A DNA stretch of 64,000 bases from Octopus sinensis (Eukaryota), in NCBI RefSeq assembly GCF_006345805.1, contig NC_043000.1, positions 159,216,001 through 159,280,000 on the forward strand, written 5' to 3'. Of the stretch, positions 12,521 to 24,167 are shown one piece after another. The notes below the pieces were generated by a model. That model worked only from the letters and a program-made list of their open reading frames with translations, searched no databases and was not told where the DNA came from. The position numbers were made by a program, and so were the translations under genes. How positions within the stretch are numbered: position 1 is the first letter of the stretch; the number at the start of each line of letters is the position of its first letter.

Positions 12521-12819
12521 TTTACCCCGCTAGTTATACTCATTTACAGCGAAACATGTATATATATATATATATACAGTCTAGCGGTGGTCTGACTTCG
12601 GGCAGGTCCTGTTCCTGTGAACTTTCTCCAGCACTTTCTATACGATATGGGAGGACCCGTATCTTACCCAACCACTTTTAAGTAGTTTATTGGAACTTGG
12701 GTTATAATGAACTACTTGGGATTAATATAGTTTCCCGTTGCCTTCTGCAGTGAGATAGGATTTGAACTCAAAATGTAGAGAGCCGTAAAATATTTCTACT
12801 GATGTGCCAATGGTTCTAC

Positions 12820-12945
12820 CACTCTCGCACCAACAGAGCAACGTGAAATGAAGTGTTCTGCTTAAGAACTCAACTCGCCGTCAGGTCCGGGAAACGAACC
12901 CTCAATCTAACGACCATGAGTGCAGCTCCCTGACCACACGCATTC
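12820..12945 (-). mobile_element. Partial tRNA-derived SINE (family D)
   Basis: Reverse complement matches the head and CORE-like part of 36850-37110 (agcaacgtgaaatgaagtgtt). Confidence 0.55.
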
Positions 12946-14284
12946 ACATTCACAAAAATATAATTTGAATAAAGTATATTTTATTAAAATTATTGTAACG
13001 GGAGGAAGGAATGGCAAAGTTAACCGCTGATGAGTTCGAACCCTGAGCATAAAATAGGTAGCTACGCATTTGCTCTCACACGCAACCAAATCCTGTATCG
13101 ACTGTAAACGTCATCGCACAATAAGTAAAGAAAAAATGCCAACGCACTGACACGCTGCCGAAATCTGGTTTTTCGGTGTCGCTTGAATTACAATCATATA
13201 TAGGATGAGTGTGACATATTTAAACTGCTTCAGCCAAAGCAAGTCTCTATGCAGACTCTGAAAGTACCAAAAATAACAACCAAAGCTCTTTCAAATCTTG
13301 CTCTGCTGTTTTGGAAATAGTTACACACTGGACTTTGTGCTGTGCCCGGAAAATATGGAATTGTCATGGCTGGAATGCTTTTTATAATATGTCTACTAAA
13401 CTAGTTCGAACCATGGGCTAGGCAACAACAACAATATTTATCACTACCATTATCACCTTCGCCATCATCTTCACCATCACGAACGGGAGAAGATAGAATG
13501 AGAGAAAATTATGGGAAATGTCACAAACTTGAATTGAAATAGCAGCTCGTGTCTGTTCGATTTTTTTTTATACTACAAACTAATCAACAACATAAATACA
13601 ACGTTATACTTCATAATTTTTCTTTATTATACATAGTATATGATTGATTTAAGTATATCATATTTATTTACATATTTATATATACACGTGAGGTAAGGAT
13701 GGTTTCTCTAAGTGACCGAACAATGTGCTACGACTATCAGCCGCATCTTGATTAAGTTCCATTCTCACCTTAAAAAGGATACACAAGTTCATTAGATAAT
13801 GTATTCATACCTACTTTATATCATTCAAAAATGACAATATAGTCATGCATGAACGCTTTTGATCATAGGTCTGCTCCATCAAGGTTGATCTGGGGAAAAT
13901 CAATAACAAGAATTACTGCTTGTTTGCTCATAACTCTCCATAGAATCTGATGGTGACCATATTCCTCTTTATGGACAGATAGACATTCACACACGCAAAA
14001 GATATATAAGAAGAAAAAACAAAGAAAACTTCTTTTTTTTTTTCGTTGGCATTGGGCAAACCATAATTGTACTGAGGGAAAAAATCCGATTTTTATTCTG
14101 ACGCAAGTCGAATGTATTCATTTCATGCGTCAAAATAGACAATTAAACTGTCTGTTCAGTCTTTGCATAGGAACTGGCAATTTAGTATCGCGGTAAATGC
14201 CAGACGATTCCATGAGATGCCAAGATCACTAATCTTCTGCTTTATAATTTCTTTTTATCATACTGAGTATATGATTGATTTAAG

Positions 14285-14312
14285 TATACATACATACACA
14301 CACACACATATA

Positions 14313-14347
<35 letters not shown>

Positions 14348-14373
14348 CAAGGAATGAGAGAGAAGCAGATAGA

Positions 14374-14415
<42 letters not shown>

Positions 14416-14547
14416 TACATGCACATACACATAAATATATACATATATTTATGTGCATGTGTGTAGGTAGATTTATAACTTGTATGTGCATACGAACTCG
14501 CATAAATATATAAATATATACAAATAAGAATTTATTGAAATGCGTTG

Positions 14548-14598
<51 letters not shown>

Positions 14599-14600
14599 CA

Positions 14601-14632
<32 letters not shown>

Positions 14633-14640
14633 ATTATGCA
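14285..14640. repeat. Compound (TA)n/(GA)n/(TACA)n microsatellites
   Basis: Direct reading. Confidence 0.9.
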
Positions 14641-15115
14641 TATTCATCTACTTTCGTGGACATACGTGTACACTTATGTATATTTACTGTTTTTAGTACA
14701 TAGATAAAAATATATAATGCTCAATAGAAATATGGACGATTATCTATGTATCTATCTAAATATTGCTCTCTTTCTCTCTTTTCTCTCTCTCTCTCTCTCA
14801 AGTAGACAAACGCACGCACACGTCTCTAATATATATATATAAATGTTTGTATGTATGCATATATTATTATTAACGTAAAAGAAAGATTTTTCAAAACCAC
14901 ACATATTCAGCCCAGAGCACGTGGGTTTGAAAAGTTTAACAACGAAAGCGCCTAAAGACTAAATACACACTACACAAAAATTTCATCCCGAAAGAAGTGG
15001 AACATTCTGTGCTCCAAATAATTTTTTGTAATAGTCAATATTTTTTTAAAAGAATCTTTCTTTAAATATTAGGACTGCAACAAGTATATTTTATAACTTT
15101 TAAATATATATACAT

Positions 15116-15156
15116 ACTAGCATTATGACCCGGCAACGCTGGGTCATAGTGCTAGT
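15116..15156. mobile_element. 41-bp palindromic stub resembling Helitron 3' ends on both strands
   Basis: actagcattatgaccc-ggcaacgct-gggtcatagtgctagt; the arms match at 15 of 16 positions; CTAG|T lies downstream of a GC hairpin on each strand. Confidence 0.55.
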
Positions 15157-16080
15157 TTGGTATAAATTTGTTACATTAAAAATTTGGGGTAATAAAACAT
15201 ACAATGACATATTAAAAAGACGAATTAAAATTCCAGAGAAAAATACATAGAAGATAAATATACAAATTTACAAAAATACGTAAAAGTTCATCGGAGATGC
15301 ACCAATTAATATAAAACATATCATATATTTAAAATTGACTGTCCCCTCGTCAGGATGTTTTTTACACACAACACATAGAACACGGAAACAAATGCACAAT
15401 TACATACCTGCTACATGCGAAAGACCAGACATTACGTACTCCCAAAAATTCTCATAGATACTGAATGCTACTTTATAAGCATATAATTCAATCTAGCAGC
15501 TATAGTAAATGGCATGAGCACAGCTCATATTAGTCCATCTGGACTAATTCACTTCTGCACTCAATTAACTTTTTCATCTTTTAATTTCTCCCATTCATTC
15601 GAGTTCAAGTCCTTGATACATTTTATACTAATTGCTATTTTTTCTTTTAATTATTATATCACGATTTAATTACCATTTTAATAAAATAAAATATATTTAA
15701 TTACTACTTACTATACTTACTATATTTAATTCAATTGTTATCATTACCTCTAACTTTTATTGCAATTTTTATTTCTAAATTTCTTATGGAACGTCGAGTG
15801 GATCTTATGCGTACAATATATTTTTATATGATGTTTATATTACTATATATTTCTAAACGTCGGGCTTTATGTCTGTTCTGTAGATATAAATGAATATATG
15901 GATATATGTATGTGTTTGATCTTTCTGTGGATTTTGTAGTGCTTTTGTAGTTGCTGCTCGCATTGCCTCCACTCGGATTAAAAAGTGTATACAGCTCATT
16001 TGAGCACTACTGTTCCAGTCTGTTATATATTTTGAGCGTTGTTGTCACTAACGATCTCAAGATATAACTTTATATTTTGT

Positions 16081-16125
<45 letters not shown>

Positions 16126-16566
16126 ATAATCAAGTAGGGTAATAAAATAAATTATTAATACCAGTGGCCTAGCACAAAAGACGAGTTAGTCATTAGACTA
16201 TATATTTTTCGTATAGGAATATAATAAAAGGCTTCCACATAAGGAAGCGTAGTGCTAGAAACGCAAAAAGGGATAAATTCATGAAAGGAATGAAAATTAA
16301 AAACATTTACCATCTCAGCTCTATCCCAGACCGAACGGTTTCTACCTATTTTTAGCAAACACAGAATATATTTGCCGGGTCAGGTTCTTCAGTGGGAAGA
16401 CATCGTAATCCTAGACGCACAGACTGTTAGAAGCACATGTAGATCTAACGATTTGTATATCCTAACTTTTCAAACCTCTGCGCAAACGCAAATCATACCC
16501 GGCGAACAGAGAGGATGCCGGTAAAAAATTTACGAACAAATTTATCAAGCAATATTTAAACATAAT

Positions 16567-16861
16567 CCTCAGAAATTTCCATCGGAATTTTCCAGGAAGT
16601 CTCCCATCCTCGGAATTATCCAGAAATCTCACCCTCGTAACTTTCCATGAAGTCCTCGGAACTTTCCAGGAAGTCCTCGGAACTTTCCAAGAATTCTCTC
16701 ATCATGTGAACTTTCCAGGCAGTCTAGAAAATCCCATCCTCGGAACTTTCCAGGTATTCGTAGGAGTATTCCTGGAAGTCTCATCGTCGAAACTTTCCAG
16801 GAAGTCTCATCGTCGGAACTCTGCAGGAAGTCTTCGGAATTTTCCAGGAAGTGTCATCCTT
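16567..16861. repeat. Minisatellite with core ggaactttccaggaagtc (variable ~21-29 bp units)
   Basis: About ten degenerate units readable directly. Confidence 0.85.
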
Positions 16862-17040
16862 ATCTTATCTGTTGTTGATGACCATTTTGATGAACAGAAA
16901 AGCTTCTTCGGCAGTGCGATCCAAGCACTGCAACTGTGTGCGGACAGTAAGAGGAACTATGTTAGAAAATGAACTTCACTTGGTCACATTCGATTGAGAG
17001 TGTCTTGCTCAGATTATGAACATTTCAGCCGAATCCTTAT
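16862..17040 (+). mobile_element. Mariner transposase C-terminal fragment and probable right end
   Basis: DDHFDEQKSFFGSAIQALQLCADSKRNYVRK-stop resembles the mariner C-terminus (FF..GI.ALQ.RW.KC...GDYVEK). Confidence 0.55.
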
Positions 17041-17279
17041 AATAACAAAAATTATTATTATACATGCATTTTTTATGTTAACGTTGGAAAAATGCACATT
17101 TTTCATAAAAATATTAGGACTTAGGTTTGCACCCCCTTAGCAAACTTTGTTGCTGGGTCACTGTATATACATACCCAAATTGATAGATAGATAGATAGAT
17201 AGATAGATAGACAGATAGATAGGCGTGTGTATGTGCGTGAGTGTGTATGCGCGTGTTTGTGTTTGTATGTGAGTGTACG

Positions 17280-17312
<33 letters not shown>

Positions 17313-17348
17313 AAATAAACAGACAACAGCTTTTGTCACAACTATACC

Positions 17349-17566
17349 TATTTCTTTACTACCCACAAGGGGCTAAACATAGAGAGGACAAACGGATTAA
17401 GTCACTACATTGACCCCAGTGCATAACTGGTACTTATTTAATCGACTCCGAAAGGATGAAAGGCAAAGTCGACCTCGGCGGAATTTGAACTCAGAACGTA
17501 GCGGCAGACGAACTACGGCTACGCATTTCGCCCGCCGTGCTAACATTTCTGCCAGCTCGCCGCCTT
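17349..17566 (-). mobile_element. SINE family A with target-site duplication
   Basis: TSD ttttgtcaca(a/g)ctatacc at 17331-17348 and 17567-17584. Confidence 0.9.
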
Positions 17567-17956
17567 TTTTGTCACAGCTATACCAAAGACAATATTGTGT
17601 TTGAGTTTAATTTTTTTTATTAAGTATTTACTTTACTTATTTATTTATTTTGTTTGTTTTCATTTGCCTTTCATATTTAGTATGAAACAATAACAGTTCT
17701 AAATCCGTTCGACCATAAACGTTACACCTCATCATCAGAATTAAATGATTGTAATAAAGATTTGTTACTCGCCTACTTTGTAGTATATCGCAAAGGTTCG
17801 TGAAAATGGTATTATTAGTGACAGAATAAAAAAATACTGGATTTCAAAATACTGCCTTTTTAAGTATTGCTAGATTTCCTGGTCGGTTTTAGAAATATCA
17901 GTAAGCTGATTTTTATTTTGTATTTTGCTATGAATATATCTATCATAGTCCGCACT

Positions 17957-18345
17957 CACATTTTATGTGTATCATATGCTACTGTTTATAATTCGTTCAG
18001 AGATTCATTATTGCTTGTTTACACTTTTTCGAGATCAGTGACTTTTCGTCGCTGGAAAAAGGATATATGTATTTGCATTGGCCCCCCCTTCTCATCGAAG
18101 ACCGGTGATTGTCGTGCGCTGACGATGGGTAAATACCCAGAAACTCGGGTCCGTACGTATCACGTCAGGTCGACGATGGGAAGGATGGCTTCCCTTTGCA
18201 AATACTGATAGGGCACAGAAAGTGTGTCAATAGCCAGCTGGAGATGTTCTCCTGGGGCTACAAGCTACAGTAACATCCACCCTTAGTGGTGAGCCACATT
18301 TCGTGCAACTACTGTTTATACCTCTTTCAGAGATTTATTATTGCT

Positions 18346-18346
<1 letters not shown>
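17957..18346 (+). mobile_element. Retrozyme-like or Penelope pLTR-like unit, 330-bp period, containing a hammerhead ribozyme
   Basis: 38-bp direct repeats at 17979-18016 and 18309-18346 (34/38 identical); several internal hairpins; abuts a (TA)n/(TG)n tract. Confidence 0.65.
18105..18163 (+). ncRNA. Type I hammerhead ribozyme with an intact catalytic core
   Basis: Stem I cgtgcg/cgtacg extended by gtgat/atcac; CUGACGA at 18119-18125; stem II tgggt-aaat-accca; GAAA at 18140-18143; stem III AC-ucgg-GU; GUC triplet with predicted cleavage after 18151. Confidence 0.85.
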
Positions 18347-18378
<32 letters not shown>

Positions 18379-18381
18379 ATC

Positions 18382-18412
<31 letters not shown>

Positions 18413-18760
18413 GTGTCTATATGTATATGTGTGTATATGTATTTATGTTTGTGTGTGTTTGATTGTATATGTAGGTATGAGTATGTTTGTATATAAAGTT
18501 CCAGTGCTGTCAAGTAAGTTTTTTTTCTTCTACCCAATATTATTTCCAGTACTATGGCACCTTATTAAAAATGCAAAGTCAACTGACGAGAAAGTGATGA
18601 CGTATACAACGTTTATATTCAAATCGAAAATTAAATATTGCACTGGCTGTCTGAAGTGTTTTCTGTGGCTTGCTAGTTTGTGGTTTTGGGTTGATGAGAA
18701 AGTGCTTCATTTTGATATCAATATCATATATTTTATGAATTTGTAGTTGGGTATGATATA

Positions 18761-19240
18761 CAGGGGTTGGACAAAATTATGGAAATACATAGCATCATAA
18801 CATCATAATTTAGAAATATCTATAAAACCGTCAAAAGCTTGTTTATTTTTATGTTTTTTTTTTTATTTATTATTAGTGTTGCTTAATATGTTTTGCTAAA
18901 ATTGCTGGGTTTTTTCAGATATCATCAGAAAAAAGTAATAAAAATTCTTTAAAATGACAGATCTATCGGACTTAAAAGAGGTCAAATTATTGGTGCTCGT
19001 ATGGCATGCGCTAGCGTAACGAAAACATCCGAAATGTTTGGTATATCAAGAAGTAATGTCTCCAAAGTAATGACAGCCTTTGAGAAAGAAGGAAAACCTC
19101 CTTGTCGAAACAAAACTCCAGAAGAAAACCAAAACTTTCAGATAGGGACCGTCGGAATCTTGCGCGAACTGTTAGAAAGTATCAAAAAAGTGCAACTCCA
19201 AAAAGTACTGCAGAGCTTAATGACCACCTCGAGAACCCGC
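18761..19240 (+). mobile_element. Tc1-like DNA transposon, left TIR and N-terminal transposase fragment
   Basis: TA|caggggttggacaaaattatggaaa end. Frameshifted MTDLSD..RGQIIGARMA.ASVTKTSEMFGISRSNVSKV...KQNSRRKPKLSDRDRR (paired-like HTH region) from 18954. Confidence 0.8.
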
Positions 19241-19622
19241 CCATTTTACACAAAGATCGGCTTTGTTTGTCATCAATGCGATCAACGTAGAGGAATGACT
19301 TAACCAGCAGGAAACTGAAATACTTCATTTTCATCATACTTTTTGGACATAGCTCCAAATATATTAGCGTTTTATATATTTGATAAATACATGGTCTGTA
19401 TTGATTCTAGAATATTTTTAAAACATAAAGGTGAATGTATGTATATTCCAAGTTGTTGGCCGCAGTTTTTTCACCTGTGTCGCCAAACTTTTGCATCGGA
19501 TCATAATTTTTTCTGTGAGATAGATCCAGGTAGTTTAGTGGCGTTTTGATTCAGTTTTCTGCGCTAGCATTGTTTTTTATTTTGGATATCTAAATAAATC
19601 TTCTCAAGAACAAAATATGGTA

Positions 19623-19682
19623 GATATATAGATATGTTAAGTGTTGATATTGACATATCAACTCTTGACATATCTATATATC
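19623..19682. other. 60-nt near-perfect hairpin
   Basis: 28-bp arms at 19623-19650 and 19655-19682 with one G-U pair and one U-U mismatch; 4-nt loop tgac. Confidence 0.8.
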
Positions 19683-19842
19683 AACTAAATTTCATTCACA
19701 AAATTTTGTCGGCTTGAATGTATAGCAGAAGACAATTACTCAACGTGTCGCACTGTAAAATTAAATGCGAAACCGTAGCTTCAAAGCGAAATTCTTCTTA
19801 TCTCACTGAATCAAACTCAGTTACTTGAAATAGATGTTGTTT

Positions 19843-19893
<51 letters not shown>

Positions 19894-20949
19894 CCTCTCT
19901 CCCTCTCTCTCGCACGCACACACATACATAAGCACACACATGCACAAGCATAAGACATTCTTTACAATTTCACTTCCTTGCATAAATGAATAAATACTTG
20001 GATCTGTACTTTTCTTCGAGTATCAGTTGGCTTGACAACTTACAAAACAAGATTCGATTTACTTTCTTCAATAAAAGATTTATTTCTTTTCTTTATTCAT
20101 TCTCCGTTGGACTGCATTGTTGAAGAATGGGAATTTTGTGAATGTCTTATTCAACTTCATTACCAAACATTCTCTTGAAGGCAAAATACGTGACTTACCT
20201 GTCGTATGCACTTATTTGTGTTTTCTAGTGATTTCTGTTCCCTGATGTGAAGCAATATAAATTTAATTCGTAATGTTAATCTTTGTTATGCGTGTAATCT
20301 TTTTTGCAAAACCAACCTTTAAACTTCTTCAAATATTTATTTTCGAGATTTGCACGTTTGGTGATTGAATCAGTTTTCAGTTTGTGTGAACCATGACTTT
20401 CTTCACATTTCAAGAAAAAAAAAGCAAAAGTGTCAGAGATTCGTGTTTCTAGCAACTAGACAAAACCTCAAACAGCCTTACATTGCTGAAGTACACAGTG
20501 TCAAAAAAAACAACTTTTCCTCGTCAAAGAAGTGACCTTGCTAAACTTTTAATATTGTTAGTGTAATAACAGCAACTGTTTTGCTTCTTTTCATAAATTC
20601 AGTCTTTTATTGATTAAGTCTTGCGCCTTTAACTAAGAAATAATCAAATATAACTATGTTTACAGAAGTTCGAAATAACACTCCTTAGTCATTGAAAATA
20701 AAATTATTTCAATGACACCTTTTATACTTGGGCGATATGTTCGTTTGATGTATTTTATTAAAAGAATCATTTCGATCATAGCTGAAACCGATAAGTTGTG
20801 ATTTTTAAAAATACTACACAAAATACCACGAACTTATTAATGTGCTGCATAGGCAGCTTTGACTTATATATGTGAATTAATAACTCTATTGTCCTCAACG
20901 TGATGTTTGTGTACATATGACTAAATATTTACAAAATAGGTGTTTGTGT

Positions 20950-21240
20950 AGATATGCCTACATTATACTCTCCCGTAATACGAACGGACATTACTCAGAC
21001 AAGTTACACGAAGATCAAGCAAAATGTTCAAACAATATGGATTAAGCAATCAGTATGCAAACAAACTGTCAATTTCCTTGACATCACAGTGGAACTACTA
21101 TCCATTAGTAAATATCAACCTTACTGGAAACTAGATTAGCAAATTGTCGGATACTTGCTATCCAATAACAAATAGTAGCCCTACTGGAAAACCACATAGA
21201 TCGATAACATTCTCCAAGTATTCTTATAAGTTTTGATGTG
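20950..21240 (+). mobile_element. Penelope-like RT C-terminal fragment (decayed)
   Basis: Frameshifted KMFKQYGL...KQTVNFLDITVEL...KYQPYWK...HSPSIL resembles the PLE RT thumb region (VNFLDVT...YKPYRKPN...NHPPSI). Confidence 0.55.
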
Positions 21241-21477
21241 AACGCAAACAAAAAAGAATGTCCAGCGTATATATGCAGAGAAAAACGTTGGATTTTGCTG
21301 CAATTAAAACAAAAACTTTTAAAGCAATGAATACAATAAAAATAAAACGTATATTTCTAGGCATTAGATGCACAAACATCAGGAAAAGAAGCATAATAAG
21401 AACCGTCATATGCTTTAACTCTCCATATAAAAATGTCTGCAAACAAGGACAACGCTCGTATATCATACCCTTAACTA

Positions 21478-22048
21478 TTGGGCCGTCCGGAAAGTTTGTG
21501 CCGATTTATAGTAGCTTACTTTTCGACTTATTTTAGAACAGAACATGGTTGAGTCCATAAAATCGGATTTGACTACACCTCCATTTAGAGCACAGTTTAA
21601 GCTACTTTTCGTGGAAGAAGATTTATGTTCCTATAACCTGTGTTAATCATGTAACCCTTTAAAATGGAAGATAAGAAAGTTCATTTTCGGCACTTGATGC
21701 TTTGGGAACCAGACAAAAATTGCTGCATCTCGGCTGGGATGTGTTACCCCCACCATCCATATTCACAAGATATTGCTCCTTCGGATTTCCACTTATTCAG
21801 GTCTCTGCAGAATAGTCTTAATGGTAAAAATTTCAATTCCTTGGATGACGTAAAAAGGTACCTTGATGAATTCTTTTTCATTAAACCACCTCAATTCTGG
21901 GAAGAGGGTATTTTCATGTTAAAGGAAAGATGCTGATGCATTGTGTAACAAAATGGTTCATATTTGGTTGATTAAAAATGTTATGGCGAGTATTTATTGA
22001 CCATTTTCTTTCTTTTAAAAATTGGCACGAACTTTCCGGACAACCCGA
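21478..22048 (+). mobile_element. Internally deleted mariner element with both TIRs
   Basis: TA TSDs at 21476-21477 and 22049-22050; ~30-bp TIRs (ttgggccgtccggaaagtttgtgccgattt and its inverse). Transposase N-terminus MEDKKVHFRHLMLW is joined to the C-terminal YSQDIAPSDFHLF motif (YSPDLAPSD of D,D34D mariners). Confidence 0.9.
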
Positions 22049-23097
22049 TATTTCTCAAAAACAGTCTCTGCTGCACAATTACTACAGGCTTGCTGTAAAA
22101 ATAGCAACATTTGCATGACTAACTCGGGAGCTGCTATGCGCAAATAGAAACGTAAAATAACTGTCGAAATAGAAGAGTGTAGCGCAAAATCCAGTTACAA
22201 TATCTTACACTACTAACCACAGAATACCTTACTGTATGACTGCAGTTGTTTAAAATACCATACTGCATGGTTGCAGGGAAGTATTTTACACTAGATCGGA
22301 GTGATAGTACAAAGATCAACTAGATTAAATTGATAGTAAACTGCTTAAAATTCAACAGCCCCAGCAATACAAATATTTAGAATTTAACAACGATATACAA
22401 ATACGTTGCAACAAGAACAAAGATAGGCACATGTGATTCACATTTCCAATCGTCACTTATAGAATCTGCTGCCTCTAATTCAAAACATACGTGCCTTCCC
22501 GCAAAAATAAGAGAAACTTAAAACACTTAGAAATTGGAACTGAATAAGAACCATCTAAAAAAAAAACTACGCTGTAAACAGCCGAAGTATTACTATCTAC
22601 ACTGAATCATCAACTAAAAGTGTGCATAGGCTGACAGCAGGCTAACGGCAATTTAGCACACACAGAAAATCACCAATCATCGAACTTTTCATTAAGGGGA
22701 TTTGAAACTGAGTTCAAATAATAAAAAGAGAAAGTGAAAGTGGGGAATAAAAAGTGACGTAATGCCATAAGGAATAACGAAATTTTAATTCATCCCAAAC
22801 ACCGATACACTGACCAACAAGAGGAAAATCGATTAAGACGCTTCCTAAATATTTTGGTTTCTTGATTACTAAAACAAAGTGTGGCCATAAGCCTATGACA
22901 ACACCTGTCTTGTAGCCAATACATCATAACACAAACGTAGTATTCCCACACGTTTAGCAGCAATGTCATTGAAACATAATGAATATGTATCCCCTGCTTC
23001 AGAGAGGCTGGACTCTATATCTGACAGTGCAACAATTTTACTAGTTATGCTTACTATAAATACGTATAACTATGAATTGTGTGCGCACGCTCAAACG

Positions 23098-24032
23098 TAC
23101 ATACATACATACATACACACACATGCATACATACATACATACATACATACATACATACATACATACATACATACATACATACATACATACATGGTGGCTG
23201 CCCCCTCATTATCGAGTATGGCCATTGCACGAAGCTTAATCAATGTTGTTATCGTGCAATGCCTGTGCAAGAAGATTTTTTGTAAAATGAGAAAAGGCTG
23301 TGCACTGAGTCAATCCTACTCACTAAGCAACAGCAGCCATAATCCGAAAAGAAGAACAAGTCAACATCATCGGTAACCACTGAGCCGCAGGTTTTATGTC
23401 GGAGTTATCCCCGTTACCTGAGTTACCTTCTCCTAGAAGGATGCCCTAACAAAGGCTAGGAGTCCTTCACTCCCAATGGTTTAACCGCGCGATCGGGTAT
23501 TCAGTCCGATCATTTCAATGTCCCCGCGCATGATACAGCCTTAAGACATTTATTGGATGGCCGTTGACTCTCAAGAGTTTCTCCGCCTTTTGATACATAC
23601 ATACATACATACATACATACATACATACATTCATGCAATCATACATACATACATACATACATACATACATACATACATACATACATACATACATACATAC
23701 AGGAGAATCTGTATAAACTGGGATGTTCAGAAAGAGAAACTGACCGGTTGATTCATACATTACAAGTCCAATGTATGTGTGGAACAGTAAAACTATGCAA
23801 AACTTTCTCAGGTTCCAAATGTGAATTTGTCTGTGCTAACAATATCCCAAAGATGGAGCCTTGCATCTTTGTTGGAAACCGGCTCCCTCCTCAGTGGAAG
23901 ATTTATAATAATAATCAAAAAATAGAAGAGACATACATACATAATACATACATACATACATACATACATACATACATACATACATACATGCATGCATGCA
24001 TACGTGCATGCATACATACATACATACATACA

Positions 24033-24066
<34 letters not shown>

Positions 24067-24136
24067 CATACATGCATACATGCATGCATGCATACATACA
24101 TACATACATACATACATACATACATACATACATACA

Positions 24137-24166
<30 letters not shown>
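23098..24166. repeat. Three (TACA)n arrays (23098-23190, 23595-23700, 23932-24166)
   Basis: Direct reading. Confidence 0.95.
23701..23912 (+). mobile_element. 3'-terminal fragment of an R4/Dong-like RLE non-LTR retrotransposon
   Basis: ENLYKLGCSERETDRLIHTLQVQCMCGTVKLCKTF resembles the end of copy 24168-25189; ends in a taataataat tail. Confidence 0.6.

Positions 24167-24167
<1 letters not shown>

Noticed and set aside
12580-12720. Possible minus-strand R4-like 3' end (HIV.KVLEK)
   Set aside because: Too short and degenerate to support a call.
13027-13060. CTGATGA motif here, and similar motifs at ~18582 and ~24923
   Set aside because: No stem II plus GAAA arrangement; the last lies within the R4-like coding remnant.
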